A stretch of DNA of 64,000 nt from Candidatus Sulfotelmatobacter sp. (GTDB lineage Bacteria; Acidobacteriota; Terriglobia; Terriglobales; Acidobacteriaceae), in contig JADGNP010000001.1 of assembly GCA_017883425.1 (NCBI GenBank), positions 2,514 through 66,513 on the forward strand. The letters are read 5' to 3'. A program made the translations under genes and the position numbers. Under the pieces are notes generated by a model that had not been told where the DNA came from, did not search any database, and was given only the letters and a program-made list of their open reading frames with translations. Below are positions 9,295-19,335 of the stretch, in pieces. How positions within the stretch are numbered: position 1 is the first letter of the stretch; each line of letters starts with the position of its first letter.

Positions 9295-10257
9295 ATGGAA
9301 ACTCGACTTCTCGGGAATAGCGACCTGGCCATCACCCCGATGGGAATTGGCGCGTGGGCTATCGGCGGTGGAGGCTGGAATGGCAGTATGGGACCGCAGA
9401 ATGACGGCGACTCGATCCCTGCGATCCACGCGGCCCTCGACCATGGGCTGAACTGGATTGACACCGCCGCACTTTACGGGCTCGGGCATTCCGAGGAAAT
9501 GGTCGCAAAGGCGATTCAAGGGCGGTCGCCCAAACCATACGTTTTTACGAAATGCGAACGCGTATGGGATAAGCACCGCAACATCGGAGCCTGCCTTAAA
9601 GCAGAGTCCGTGCGCCGGGAATGCGAAGACAGCCTTCGCAGATTGAAAATTGACGCAATCGACCTCTACCAGATCCACTGGCCCGAACCTGACAGGGATA
9701 TCGAGGAAGGCTGGACGGAGTTAGCTCGTCTGAAAGAGGAAGGTAAGGTTCGCTGGATTGCCGTGTCTAATTTCAGCGTGGAACAGATGAGACGGGCGCA
9801 AGCCATCGCTCCGATTACCTCGCTGCAACCGCCCTACGCAATCGTGCGGCGGGAGGTCGAGCAGGAAATTCTCCCGTTCTGCTTGAGCGAGAATATCGGC
9901 GTGATCGTGTATTCGCCCATGTACGCGGGCCTGCTCACCGGAGCGATGACCCGGGAGCGAGTCACGAATTTCCTGCCCGAAGACTGGCGCCGAAATCTGC
10001 CAGGTTTCCAGGAACCGGCGTTGTCTCGGAATCTACGAGTCGTGGAACACTTACGAGAAATTGGCAAACGTCACGGTCGTAGCCCGGGCGAGGTGGCCAT
10101 CGCGTGGACGCTGAACCATCCTGCCGTCACTGGCGCGATCGTGGGTTTTCGCAGCGCGCAACAGGTTGCGGGGATCATCGGCGTGGCGGACTTCCGCTTG
10201 AATCGGACCGAACTTTCTCAAATCGAGGACGTGCTGAAGCAGGCGAACGCAAATTGA
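9295..10257 (+). CDS. Aldo/keto reductase family oxidoreductase
   Basis: 320 aa. AKR motifs are present: GIGAWAIGG, NWIDTAALYGLGHSEEMVAKAI, IDLYQIHWP, SLQPPYA. Confidence 0.88.
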   Translation: METRLLGNSDLAITPMGIGAWAIGGGGWNGSMGPQNDGDSIPAIHAALDHGLNWIDTAALYGLGHSEEMVAKAIQGRSPKPYVFTKCERVWDKHRNIGACLKAESVRRECEDSLRRLKIDAIDLYQIHWPEPDRDIEEGWTELARLKEEGKVRWIAVSNFSVEQMRRAQAIAPITSLQPPYAIVRREVEQEILPFCLSENIGVIVYSPMYAGLLTGAMTRERVTNFLPEDWRRNLPGFQEPALSRNLRVVEHLREIGKRHGRSPGEVAIAWTLNHPAVTGAIVGFRSAQQVAGIIGVADFRLNRTELSQIEDVLKQANAN

Positions 10258-10300
10258 CGCAAGGAGTTCCTCTGCGCAAGCAGATAGTCGGAGCAACTCA

Positions 10301-10330
10301 TTGACAAAAAGGGTACAAGGCTCATAGCCT
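10301..10330 (+). promoter_or_regulatory. Sigma70-like promoter candidate (TTGACA, 18-nt spacer, TAGCCT) for the DUF1680 gene
   Basis: Perfect -35 hexamer at 10301..10306. The -10 keeps the T1, A2 and T6 positions. The predicted TSS falls immediately before the operator at 10339. Confidence 0.3.
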
Positions 10331-10338
10331 CTTTCGTA

Positions 10339-10350
10339 GTAAACGATTGC
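10339..10350. promoter_or_regulatory. LacI-type operator candidate GTAAACGATTGC, 22 nt upstream of the DUF1680 start
   Basis: Member of the recurrent motif. Sits between the promoter candidate and the RBS GGGAGG (10359..10364). Confidence 0.5.
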
Positions 10351-10372
10351 TCACATTCGGGAGGGTAGAAAT

Positions 10373-12235
10373 ATGGCATCTGGAGTAAGTCGTAGAACGT
10401 TCCTGAAGGCGACGGGTGCCACAGCGGCGGGAGCCTATGCTACGAGCGTTCTGCCTGCCTGGGCAGCTTCCGAAAAAAGCCTGGTTGCCGTTTCTACCCC
10501 TCTCACAACCTTCGCCTACGCGGATGTCCAACTGCTTGACGGACCGATGAAACGGCAATTCGAGGAGAACCACGCCCGCTTTCAGAATCTCGACGATGAT
10601 CGCATGCTGAAAGTCTTTCGACAGGTCGCCGGTTTGGCGGCCCCTGGCGAAGATATGGGCGGCTGGTATGACCTAACCGGGTTCAGCCTCGAAGGAAACG
10701 ACTTCCGTGGTTTCATTGCTGGCCATAGCTTCGGACAATATGTCTCCGCGCTGGCTCGAGCCTACGCAGTTACAGGATCAGAGGCGACGCGGGCCAAAAT
10801 CAGTCGCCTGGTGAAAGGCTACGGAGAGACTCTGGATCCGAAAGCCAAGTTCTTCGTCGACTACCGCCTTCCCGCGTACACCTACGACAAGCTGTCCTGC
10901 GGCTTGATCGATGCTCATGAGTTCGCTCATGACCCAATGGCGATGGACATTCATGAGAAGCTCACCCGGGCCATCGTGGCCTATTTGCCCGAGAAGGCGT
11001 TGTCCCGGGCGGAACAGCGCTCCCGCCCGCATAAGGACACGTCCTACACATGGGACGAAACCTATACTCTGCCCGAGAATCTCTTCCTTGCTTATCAGCG
11101 CAGCGGCAAGTCTTTTTACCGCGACATGGCTCAACGCTACTTGGAGGATGACGCGTATTTTAACCCTCTCTCCGAGGGCAACAACGTGCTCCCGTTCGAA
11201 CACGCTTACAGTCATGTCAATGCTTTTAGTTCCGCGATGCAGGCCTACATCACGCTAGGCAGCGAGAAGCATCTGCGGGCGGCGAAGAACGGCTTTGAAA
11301 TGCTGCAGTCCACCCAGAGCTTTGCGACCGGCGGATGGGGACCGAATGAGGCGTTTGGAGAACCGGGGACGGGTCAGTTGGGCAACAGTCTCACGACGAC
11401 TCACGCCAGCTTTGAAACTCCTTGCGGAGCGTATGGCCACTTCAAGATCACGCGCTATCTCTTGCGCGTCACGAAAGACGCTCGCTACGGCGACAGCATG
11501 GAACGCGTGCTTTACAACACGATACTCGGAGCCTGGCCCATTCAAGCGGATGGGACATCGTTCTACTACGCTGATTACGCCACGACGGGCAAGAAAGTCT
11601 GGTATGGACAAAAATGGCCGTGCTGCTCGGGAACATTTCCTCAGCTTGCCGCCGACTACCACATCAGCACCTATCTGCGCTCGGCAGATGGGGTTTACGT
11701 GAATCTATTCACTCCTTCAAGCGTGCAGTGGAGCGACCAAAATGGAAAGTACGGACTGAAGCAGAAGACCAAGTATCCATTCGACAATAGAATCCAGATT
11801 CAAGTGTCGGGTTCGCAGGCGAAAGAATACACCCTCTTCGTGCGCATTCCGGGGTGGGCCACGCCGAACCCGGTGCTCTCTGTCAACGGCAAGCAAATTT
11901 CCGGTCCAGTCGAACCGGGGACCTTCGCCAGCATTCGGAATACCTGGAAAGATGGGGATTTGGTTGAACTCGAACTCCCGATGCCACTCCGCCTCGAATC
12001 TGTTGACGCGAATCATCCCGAGATGGTGGCGTTGCTTCAGGGCCCACTTGTGCTGTTTGCCGTGGCGGAGTCGCAGCCGACGTTCGATCGAAACGCCCTG
12101 CTACAGGCCAAGGCGACGAAGAACGCAACCGGCGACTGGCTGGCCAGTTCGATCGATGGTCGCACGGTATCCATGCGGCCCTTCATGAATATCGACAAGG
12201 AAAGCTATAGCACCTACATGTTGCTGAAGTCCTGA
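10373..12235 (+). CDS. DUF1680-type glycoside hydrolase (GH127/GH146-like beta-L-arabinofuranosidase family), Tat signal
   Basis: 620 aa. Leader MASGVSRRTFLKATGATAAGAYA. Adjacent-cysteine motif KWPCCSGTFPQ sits where GH127 has CCPPN. Overall colinear with the paralogue at 27079..29157. Confidence 0.75.
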   Translation: MASGVSRRTFLKATGATAAGAYATSVLPAWAASEKSLVAVSTPLTTFAYADVQLLDGPMKRQFEENHARFQNLDDDRMLKVFRQVAGLAAPGEDMGGWYDLTGFSLEGNDFRGFIAGHSFGQYVSALARAYAVTGSEATRAKISRLVKGYGETLDPKAKFFVDYRLPAYTYDKLSCGLIDAHEFAHDPMAMDIHEKLTRAIVAYLPEKALSRAEQRSRPHKDTSYTWDETYTLPENLFLAYQRSGKSFYRDMAQRYLEDDAYFNPLSEGNNVLPFEHAYSHVNAFSSAMQAYITLGSEKHLRAAKNGFEMLQSTQSFATGGWGPNEAFGEPGTGQLGNSLTTTHASFETPCGAYGHFKITRYLLRVTKDARYGDSMERVLYNTILGAWPIQADGTSFYYADYATTGKKVWYGQKWPCCSGTFPQLAADYHISTYLRSADGVYVNLFTPSSVQWSDQNGKYGLKQKTKYPFDNRIQIQVSGSQAKEYTLFVRIPGWATPNPVLSVNGKQISGPVEPGTFASIRNTWKDGDLVELELPMPLRLESVDANHPEMVALLQGPLVLFAVAESQPTFDRNALLQAKATKNATGDWLASSIDGRTVSMRPFMNIDKESYSTYMLLKS

Positions 12236-12254
12236 TATTGCCGCGGCGCGCAAT

Positions 12255-13739
12255 CTACCTGGGTTGCGCGTCCCCTTCAACAAGTTTGTAGCGATATTGC
12301 TCCCGTTCTTCCTTTGTCGCTTGTTGGCGAAGAAGCGCAAGTTGCTTGAGTAGGTCGGGGATCTCACTCTTCTTGCCACTTTTCCTCAATGCCTGGATCA
12401 GGTGATATAACGCCGCCTGATCCTTGGGGTCAATCTCGAGCGCTTTCCGGCACTGAACGGCCGCTTCCGAATATTGTCCCGATTGCAGGTAGAGCTTGGC
12501 CAGCACCCCGCGGGCAGGTCCGAGTGTCGGACGTAGCGCCACGGACTTCCTGGCCGAACGCATCGCTGTTTGAAATTCCGGGCTTCCTGGCTCCGCGCCT
12601 CTTTGAGTAAGCACATCGGCCTGCAGGTAGAGCAGGATCGGGTCGTTGGGCGTGCGCACAAGCTTTTCCCGGACACTCGCCAGCGCATGGTCAAGGTCGT
12701 TTTGCTGGACCGCTGCCAACCCTTGAGCGGCAGTGCTCAAGGACTGGGTAGGATCGAACTGGTAGGCAGTTTCGAAATCAGCCTGAGCCTGATCGTATTC
12801 GGCCAACTGGACATGGAGAACACCGCGAGCAAAATAGAGTGGGGCCGCCTTGGGTTGCAGGTTGATCCCGTCATTCACGACATTGATTCCAACCTGGAAA
12901 GACTGATGCGTCGCTGAGATGGCGGCGAAGTCCAGATAGAGATTAACGTTTTGCGGTTCGAGCAAAATGGCCTGGCGCAGGCTCTCGACTGCCTTCTCAG
13001 TGTCATGAGCGTCTTCGTATGCTGCGGACGCAAGATCCAGGGTTCCGGCATCTGCACTGTTCGCCCCGAGTAGTGGATTCAGAGTCGCAAGGGCATCCTG
13101 CGGCTTGTGAGCCATCAGTTGGACGGACGCCAATAGTTCCCGCTCTCGTCGATCGTCGGGATTGAGAGCCACACACTTCTTGAAAACACCCGCCGCTTCG
13201 TCAAATCGCTTGAGTTTTACCAGGCAGGTAGCGTAGGCGTGCAGCCCCTCCGGTTTCGATTCGAACAGCATGCCTGCCGCCGCGAAATACTGGACCGCGG
13301 ATTTGCAGTTGCCCTCCTGATATTCCAATACCGCCAGCATGGCATTCGTTGTAGCGTCCCTGGGTCTCAAACGAAGCAGATGTTGCAGCAAGGGAATTCC
13401 TGCCGCGTTGCCGCTCTCGTATTCGATTTGGCTGGCTCCTTGCAGCGCGGGGATGCTGTCCGGGGATATCTTCAGAGCGCTGCGAAACGACGAGAGTGCT
13501 TCTTTCTTTTGTCCTCGCCCCGCGTAAGCAACACCTTGCATCGTCCATAACTCGGCGTTCCCAGGTGATTGTTGCAGCGCCGCGTGAAGAAGCTCAAGCG
13601 CCTGGCCAAATTGCTGGTTTCGCAACGCCGAAGCGATGGAGACGATACGATCTTGCGTGGTTTGAGCAAGCGTAATCGAAAAGAAGAGAATCGGAGCTAG
13701 GAGGACGGCCGTCTTTCGAGTGGCAAGCATTTCGGTCAT
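12255..13739 (-). CDS. Secreted tetratricopeptide-repeat protein (TPR-A)
   Basis: 494 aa. Sec signal ...LLAPILFFSITLAQ. TPR periodicity runs throughout. About half the residues look identical by eye to the 497-aa ORF at 19336..20829. Confidence 0.85.
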   Translation of the reverse strand: MTEMLATRKTAVLLAPILFFSITLAQTTQDRIVSIASALRNQQFGQALELLHAALQQSPGNAELWTMQGVAYAGRGQKKEALSSFRSALKISPDSIPALQGASQIEYESGNAAGIPLLQHLLRLRPRDATTNAMLAVLEYQEGNCKSAVQYFAAAGMLFESKPEGLHAYATCLVKLKRFDEAAGVFKKCVALNPDDRRERELLASVQLMAHKPQDALATLNPLLGANSADAGTLDLASAAYEDAHDTEKAVESLRQAILLEPQNVNLYLDFAAISATHQSFQVGINVVNDGINLQPKAAPLYFARGVLHVQLAEYDQAQADFETAYQFDPTQSLSTAAQGLAAVQQNDLDHALASVREKLVRTPNDPILLYLQADVLTQRGAEPGSPEFQTAMRSARKSVALRPTLGPARGVLAKLYLQSGQYSEAAVQCRKALEIDPKDQAALYHLIQALRKSGKKSEIPDLLKQLALLRQQATKEEREQYRYKLVEGDAQPR

Positions 13740-13876
13740 TGCCGACCCGAGGATCTCACAGGAATGCGTTCAGATCTCTGAAGCCGCAATATAGACATGG
13801 TAATCGATGGCAGGATGTCCGTATCGAAACGCAACCCTGAGATTGAGCACAAGGTCTTCTGCTGCTTGCCCTAAAC

Positions 13877-13920
13877 AACGGACGGCCAGCTCGCTTCGGG
13901 GGAAGCGCGCCAGCCGTCCG
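13877..13920 (-). terminator. Hairpin terminator candidate downstream of TonB-dependent barrel 1
   Basis: On the minus strand: ACGGACGGC..CGCTTC-CCCC-GAAGCG..GCCGTCCGT (9-bp plus 6-bp stems) followed by TGTTT. It starts 18 nt after the stop at 13938. Confidence 0.5.
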
Positions 13921-13937
13921 TATTTGCAGGACGTGAT

Positions 13938-16900
13938 CTAGAAGGAGATTTTGCCTCCCAGTTGCCAGAAGCGGGGCTCATGCGACGCGGTTGCGAACCC
14001 GAAACTTCCGTCCGGGAAATTCGTGTCGACATTCGCATAGTTAGGTCGGTTGAACAGATTGAAGAACTCAAACCGGAATTGGAAGTTGACCCTTTCCGTA
14101 ATCTTCGTGTCTTTGTAGAAGTTCACGTTGGTCTCGATGAAGTTCGGCCCACGGAACTGCATCGGCTTCTCATTTCCGCCGCCCCCACCGAAGGTAGGAA
14201 CAGCGAAGTTACTCTTGGGGATGGCCCCACCGGTGAGCCATGCCTTGTTGTTCGTCGACTGTTTGTAGCTAGTCGCATCCGGGTAGTCGAGATTGTTTCC
14301 GTCGGCGTTATAGTCTCCGCTTCCGGGTGCATAGCCGATGGCTGGATTCGCCTCCGATGGGCAAGCAGGAGCATCTTGTGCCGTGTCCTCGCAAGCAGGG
14401 TTGTATCCATTGAAGTTGTTGGCGGTCAACGGATAACCAGACTGGAAAATGCTGGTGCCGCTGATTCCCCAGCCACCGGTGAGATAACCCACAGCTCCTC
14501 TGCCGCCATTCAGCCCTTTCACTGAATAATTAAAGCTCGCTGAGATGCGGTTTGGCACGTCGAAGATCGACGGTCCATAGTATTGGGCTGGATTCAGCGG
14601 TGAAGGATAGGCCAGCCCATCATCCTTGGCACGGGAACGAGTGTAGGAGACGTCCACGTACCCGCGCGAGAAGCGGCCCTTAAAGTCAAAGTATATGGAG
14701 TTGTAGTTACCGTAGCGGTTATTGTCGGCATAAGCAATCGACCCAAAGCTGTGATTGAGCCGGGTCGGAGCAATGCTGTTGTTGTCGATCAGGTCGTTCG
14801 GAAAGACGTTGATATCCACTCCGTACGAGACATTCCCGATCGAGTTGCCGTTGCCGATGATGTCATACGAGTGCGATCCGCTGTAACCGACGGTGGCCGC
14901 AAAGACATTGCTTATCTTGCGTTGCACGCTTAACGACCAGATGTTGGCTTTCGGCGACTTCAATAGTGGATTGATACCACCGATGGCGAAATTAGCGCCG
15001 ACGACTCCACCTTGTGCATTTAGCCCGCCTGGGAATGTCGGGAATGTAAATCCAAAGGGCGGCTTATTGCTGGTTCCGAGCCCAAAGATCGGAGGATTTG
15101 AACTCCCCGCGAAGAAGACCGGCAATACCAGACCCGGAGGACTCCCGCGGAATTCCTCCTGCACGTTCGCAGAAGTCAGCCAGTTGTTGTAGATGCCAAA
15201 ACCGCCGCGTACGACCCAGTCGCCCTTCCCTGAGGGATCCCACGCGACCCCCACGCGCGGACTGAACAGGTTGTTAACCGAGTGCAGCAACGCATTGTGG
15301 GTGCCTTTGGCATAGCCATTCGCTATCTGCTGCTCCTGCGTATCCCCTGTTCCGAGGTAGAAGTTCCCGAACACCGTGGCCGGGCTCTTCGACCACGGGT
15401 TTCCGCTGTCATCAAACCGCAGCCCCAAGGTAACAGTGAGATTTCGCCTCGCCTTCCAGGTGTCTTCCACAAACACTCCAAAGGTTCTGGAAGCCGCATC
15501 CCAATTCCACAATTGCTGTTGACCAGTCGCTGGGTTGTACATGATGCCGTTTTCGTTACTCGGCGCATCTTGCGCCAGCGTCAGCAAGTTGTTGAACGAG
15601 AACTTCGGCTGCGACCACGGGCCCTGGAAGGGCTCGACATCGTCGCCATACCAGCCTTCGTAGCCAAACTTCAGAGTGTGCGTGCCTCGCACATGCGTGA
15701 GGACGTCACGCCAGTGGTAATTGTGTTGAATGAAATCTCCCTGCGCAAAGCCCACGCCGTACGCTTGGCCGCCATCCGCGTTGATTCCGTTTACTGAGAT
15801 GGAAGGTACGGTATAGTCTTTGGCGCCACTGCCCAAAACGCCCTCGACTCTGCTCTGCCCCGCCGTGAACTCGTTCAACGTTGTGGGGGAAAACGTGTGC
15901 GTCCAGGACACCTGCCCAGCTACCTGCCAGGTATTGTTCAGTGCTGAGAATTGTGGCATCGGCGACGCCGCGCCCGTCAGGAGCAGAGTCCGGAACAAGC
16001 TGACGTAAATGCGGTCTTTCTTGAAACCTTGGTCGATGCGAGCAAAGTACTGTGTGCCATTGCGGATTTGTGTAGCGCCGAATGATCCCGTATCCGCCAT
16101 TGGCTGGCTACAGGGAATGTTCTCAATGGATGCGGGGTTCGCTTGGCAGATGAAAGGACTGTTCGGATCATTCGGGTCGACACGGCCAAAATAGTTGTCC
16201 GCCGTTTGCGCCGTGATATTGCCGACACCCGTCGGGAGATAAGTGTTGAGCACTTGAGTTCCTACGGTGCTTGGATGGTTTGTTTGCGCCCACGAGATGA
16301 ATTCCGGCGCCGCGAATGTTACTTGTCCGCCCGCACTCGCAGATGAGCGCAATGGCTCGACAGCGAAATAGAAGAAGCTATTGTGATGCGGAATGATCGG
16401 GCCCCCAAGCGCGAAGTCCATGTTGTTCGAATGGAAGGGCTTGTACTTGTTCTCTTTCGAGCTCACAAAATGCTGGTTCGTGAACATCTTCTGATTATTG
16501 AACCAGTCCGATGCCGACCCATGAAACCGGTCCGAGCCAGATCTCGTGGTGAACATCGTCTGCAATCCAGCGGCGCGGCTGTATTCACTGGAAAACGTGT
16601 TGACCTGAACGCTGGTTTCCTGGATCGATTCAGGCTGCGGGGTGAGGTTCAAAACGCCTTGGCGGATTCCGCTGGTCACGTCAAGACCGTCCACCACGTA
16701 TTGATTGTTGTTCTGACCCTGGCCGTTGGCGCTCGCGTCCACTTGCTCTTCTGTGGAGAAGTTGTCCACGCCCGACGCGGGACTCCCCGAGGTACTCGTT
16801 CCCAAACCGGAGACTCCCGGCGCAAGTGTCACTAGCGTGACCAGGTTGCGACCGATGATGGGCAACTGCGCCACTGCCTGATTCTCAATGGTCAACTGGG

Positions 16901-17303
16901 TGCGGCTATCCGCGGTATCAACCACCGGAGCCTCTGCAGTAACCACAACCGACTCGGTCGCGGAGCCGACCCGGAGAGCGAGGGGCACGTTCAGATTCTG
17001 CGAGGTGAGCAGGGTGACGTCCGCCTCAGACTTCGAGAAGCCGCCGGCTTCAGCCGTAATCTTGTACCTGCCCGGTGCGAGACTCACGAAATTGTAGTTG
17101 CCTGAATCGTCGCTCGTTGCAACCGCAGTGACTCCGGTCGCGAGGTTAACTAACTGGATCTTGGCCTTGGCGACGCCCGCACCGCTCTGGTCCTTGACTT
17201 CTCCCTGGATGCTGGCTGTGAATTGTGCAAAGGCCGCACCGGCGGCGATCACGATGATTGAGAGCAACCAGATCGAACGGCGAGACATCATGCTTCGCGG
17301 CAT
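13938..17303 (-). CDS. TonB-dependent outer-membrane receptor-like barrel with N-terminal CarboxypepD_reg domain (TBDR-1)
   Basis: ~1120 aa. Signal MPRSMMSRRSIWLLSIIVIAAGAAFAQ. Beta-sandwich GEVKDQSGAGVAKAKIQLVNLATGVTAVATSDDSGNYNFVSLAPGRYKI. Long beta-strand-rich body. C-terminal ...FWQLGGKISF (terminal Phe). The ATG at 17303 follows GGAGGGA; the track start at 17318 is a TTG. Confidence 0.85.
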   Translation of the reverse strand: MPRSMMSRRSIWLLSIIVIAAGAAFAQFTASIQGEVKDQSGAGVAKAKIQLVNLATGVTAVATSDDSGNYNFVSLAPGRYKITAEAGGFSKSEADVTLLTSQNLNVPLALRVGSATESVVVTAEAPVVDTADSRTQLTIENQAVAQLPIIGRNLVTLVTLAPGVSGLGTSTSGSPASGVDNFSTEEQVDASANGQGQNNNQYVVDGLDVTSGIRQGVLNLTPQPESIQETSVQVNTFSSEYSRAAGLQTMFTTRSGSDRFHGSASDWFNNQKMFTNQHFVSSKENKYKPFHSNNMDFALGGPIIPHHNSFFYFAVEPLRSSASAGGQVTFAAPEFISWAQTNHPSTVGTQVLNTYLPTGVGNITAQTADNYFGRVDPNDPNSPFICQANPASIENIPCSQPMADTGSFGATQIRNGTQYFARIDQGFKKDRIYVSLFRTLLLTGAASPMPQFSALNNTWQVAGQVSWTHTFSPTTLNEFTAGQSRVEGVLGSGAKDYTVPSISVNGINADGGQAYGVGFAQGDFIQHNYHWRDVLTHVRGTHTLKFGYEGWYGDDVEPFQGPWSQPKFSFNNLLTLAQDAPSNENGIMYNPATGQQQLWNWDAASRTFGVFVEDTWKARRNLTVTLGLRFDDSGNPWSKSPATVFGNFYLGTGDTQEQQIANGYAKGTHNALLHSVNNLFSPRVGVAWDPSGKGDWVVRGGFGIYNNWLTSANVQEEFRGSPPGLVLPVFFAGSSNPPIFGLGTSNKPPFGFTFPTFPGGLNAQGGVVGANFAIGGINPLLKSPKANIWSLSVQRKISNVFAATVGYSGSHSYDIIGNGNSIGNVSYGVDINVFPNDLIDNNSIAPTRLNHSFGSIAYADNNRYGNYNSIYFDFKGRFSRGYVDVSYTRSRAKDDGLAYPSPLNPAQYYGPSIFDVPNRISASFNYSVKGLNGGRGAVGYLTGGWGISGTSIFQSGYPLTANNFNGYNPACEDTAQDAPACPSEANPAIGYAPGSGDYNADGNNLDYPDATSYKQSTNNKAWLTGGAIPKSNFAVPTFGGGGGNEKPMQFRGPNFIETNVNFYKDTKITERVNFQFRFEFFNLFNRPNYANVDTNFPDGSFGFATASHEPRFWQLGGKISF

Positions 17304-17352
17304 GGATTCCCTCCACAAATCGTCTTGCGCAAGAAGGTTTTGGAGTTCCCGA

Positions 17353-17364
17353 GAAAACGTTTAC
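17353..17364. promoter_or_regulatory. LacI-type operator candidate GAAAACGTTTAC (GTAAACGTTTTC on the gene strand) upstream of TBDR-1
   Basis: Lies 50 nt upstream of the TBDR-1 start. Member of the recurrent motif. Confidence 0.45.
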
Positions 17365-17505
17365 TCCAAGCAGATAATGTATAAATACTACCGCCAGAGA
17401 CTGTCAAGAACTTTTTTGGCCACGGATGTTCTGGGGAACGGCTCCAGGGGATCGTCGTTCCCTGATTCTGGCTTGCCTGCCTGCAAAAGCCAACCCCGAG
17501 AGACT

Positions 17506-19269
17506 CTAGGAACGACTCCACCCCTTGTTGCTCACAATTCCTAAACCTTCCCGAACGGTTATCAACTGGTTGGAAGAGATCTTCTTGAATTGTTCGTGCA
17601 GACCATTGGGCCAGTACACTTCAACGTCAGCCAGGGCAGATGCACCAAGACCAAAATGCAGCCGAGGATCGTTGCACGAATAATAGCTGGACTGGCTGAG
17701 TACCGCCTGCACCTGCACTTTGTTGCCGTAGTGAACCAGGACTCGGGCCCCGATCGCGCTGCGGTTCGATTTCACACCCTCCAACTTCACCTTCAGCCAG
17801 TTCTGTTTGACTTTCATGTCGTTTCGTAAAAGCGAGGGCGGCTCATTCATGTTGACGATCAGAATGTCCATGTCGCCGTCGTTGTCGAAGTCTCCGAAGG
17901 CACATCCGCGGCTGCTGTGCGGTGTCGTGATTCCATCACCACCCTGCGAATCCAGTTCTTCAAACGTACCGTTTCCCAGATTGCGGAACAGGACTCGCGG
18001 AGTCTTGTATGGATATTGTGGCAACTTGCGTTCGACTTCCGGGTAGACGCTGCCGGTAACGAACAGCACGTCTGGATAACCGTCGTTGTCGAGGTCGACG
18101 ATTCCCGTGCCCCAGCTGGTAAAACGGGTCTCTACTCCAACCTTTGCCATACGCGTCACTTCGTCGAAGTTCCCCTTCCCATCATTGCGGTAGAAGCCGC
18201 TGGTGTCGCCGATGAAATGGGTCTTGAACAAGTCGAGGTGCCCGTCCAGGTTGTAGTCCCCCATACCGACACCCATGCCGGCTTGTTCCATCCCATCGTC
18301 GCTCAACGCAACTCCGCGCATTACGCCCTCTTCGCGGAAAGTCCCATCATGATTGTTCATGAAAAGCAGGCTGGGAGTGGAATCGCAGGCCACAAAGATG
18401 TCCGGCCATCCATCTTCGTCGAAATCAGCAGTGACCACCGTCATCCCGTAGCTCTCGGTCGCTCCAACGATGCCCGTCTGCTTGGAGACGTCGGTGAACG
18501 TCCCATCTCCGTTGTTGCGATAAAGAGAATGCCTGCCCGTGGGAAGTCCACGCGGTCCGCAATTGACCGGGACGCCCTTCCAGTTGCAGGTTGAGTTCTC
18601 ACCGGGTGCCGGGGCATGCTCAAAAGAAAATCGTATGTAGTTGGATACGAAGAGATCCAGATGACCGTCGCGGTTATAGTCCAGGAAGGCGCAGCCGGCT
18701 CCCCACCGAGCCGGACCTGACTCCCACAGTCCGGATTGCTTGGTCACATCCGTGAACGTGCCATCGCCGTTGTTGCGGTAGAGGCGATTCTGTCCAAAAT
18801 AGGTGCAGAAGATGTCATCGAATCCGTCGTTGTTATAATCGGCGACACATACGCCGTTCGCCCATCCCGCGGCCCGGAGTCCGGCCTTCTCCGTCACGTC
18901 AGCAAAAGTTCCGTCGCGATTATTCTTGTAAAGCCGATTGGTCGCTTCCGGCGGATCGCCTTCCAGCCGCGTGCCGGAAAGCAGAAAAATGTCCATCCAC
19001 CCGTCGTTGTCGTAGTCAATGAAAGCGCAACCACACCCGTTGGCCTCTATGATGTATTTCTTGGCGTCCACCCCTCCGTAGATGACAGGCATATGCAAGC
19101 CCGCTTCCTTCGCGACATCGGTGAAATGCGCATTGAACGGTCGACCCGAAGGAGCCGGCTTGGCTTGCGCCTTTACGTCGCGTGTGGCGATTCCTTGCTG
19201 CTGCCCGAGTAACTGCTGGGCCGAGGCACATAGAGAAAACAGGACGAATGAACGGCGGGTAATGGCCAT
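17506..19269 (-). CDS. FG-GAP/VCBS 7-bladed propeller + ASPIC/UnbV C-terminal domain protein (CRTAC1-like), Tat signal; paralogue 1, subtype I
   Basis: 587 aa. Leader MAITRRSFVLFSL. Seven DxDxDG loops: [71 protein letters not shown]-terminal NWLKVKLEGVKSNRSAIGARV...HFGLG. Confidence 0.85.
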   Translation of the reverse strand: MAITRRSFVLFSLCASAQQLLGQQQGIATRDVKAQAKPAPSGRPFNAHFTDVAKEAGLHMPVIYGGVDAKKYIIEANGCGCAFIDYDNDGWMDIFLLSGTRLEGDPPEATNRLYKNNRDGTFADVTEKAGLRAAGWANGVCVADYNNDGFDDIFCTYFGQNRLYRNNGDGTFTDVTKQSGLWESGPARWGAGCAFLDYNRDGHLDLFVSNYIRFSFEHAPAPGENSTCNWKGVPVNCGPRGLPTGRHSLYRNNGDGTFTDVSKQTGIVGATESYGMTVVTADFDEDGWPDIFVACDSTPSLLFMNNHDGTFREEGVMRGVALSDDGMEQAGMGVGMGDYNLDGHLDLFKTHFIGDTSGFYRNDGKGNFDEVTRMAKVGVETRFTSWGTGIVDLDNDGYPDVLFVTGSVYPEVERKLPQYPYKTPRVLFRNLGNGTFEELDSQGGDGITTPHSSRGCAFGDFDNDGDMDILIVNMNEPPSLLRNDMKVKQNWLKVKLEGVKSNRSAIGARVLVHYGNKVQVQAVLSQSSYYSCNDPRLHFGLGASALADVEVYWPNGLHEQFKKISSNQLITVREGLGIVSNKGWSRS

Positions 19270-19319
19270 ATTGGGGTCTATTGCTAAAGCCTCTATTATC
19301 GCGGGCGATGAACACCCGA

Positions 19320-19331
19320 GTAAAGGTTTAC
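19320..19331. promoter_or_regulatory. LacI-type operator-like palindrome GTAAAGGTTTAC between TPR-B stop and propeller 1 start
   Basis: Both half-sites (GTAAA / TTTAC) are perfect, but the centre is GG instead of CG. Lies 51 nt upstream of the start at 19269. Confidence 0.35.
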
Positions 19332-19335
19332 TGAC

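Noticed and set aside
12244-12270. Possible bidirectional terminator CGCGCAA-N10-TTGCGCG between the DUF1680 gene and TPR-A.
   Set aside because: The stem is only 7 bp, it overlaps the TPR-A 3' coding end, and no T-run lies on either side. This is too weak to report as a feature.
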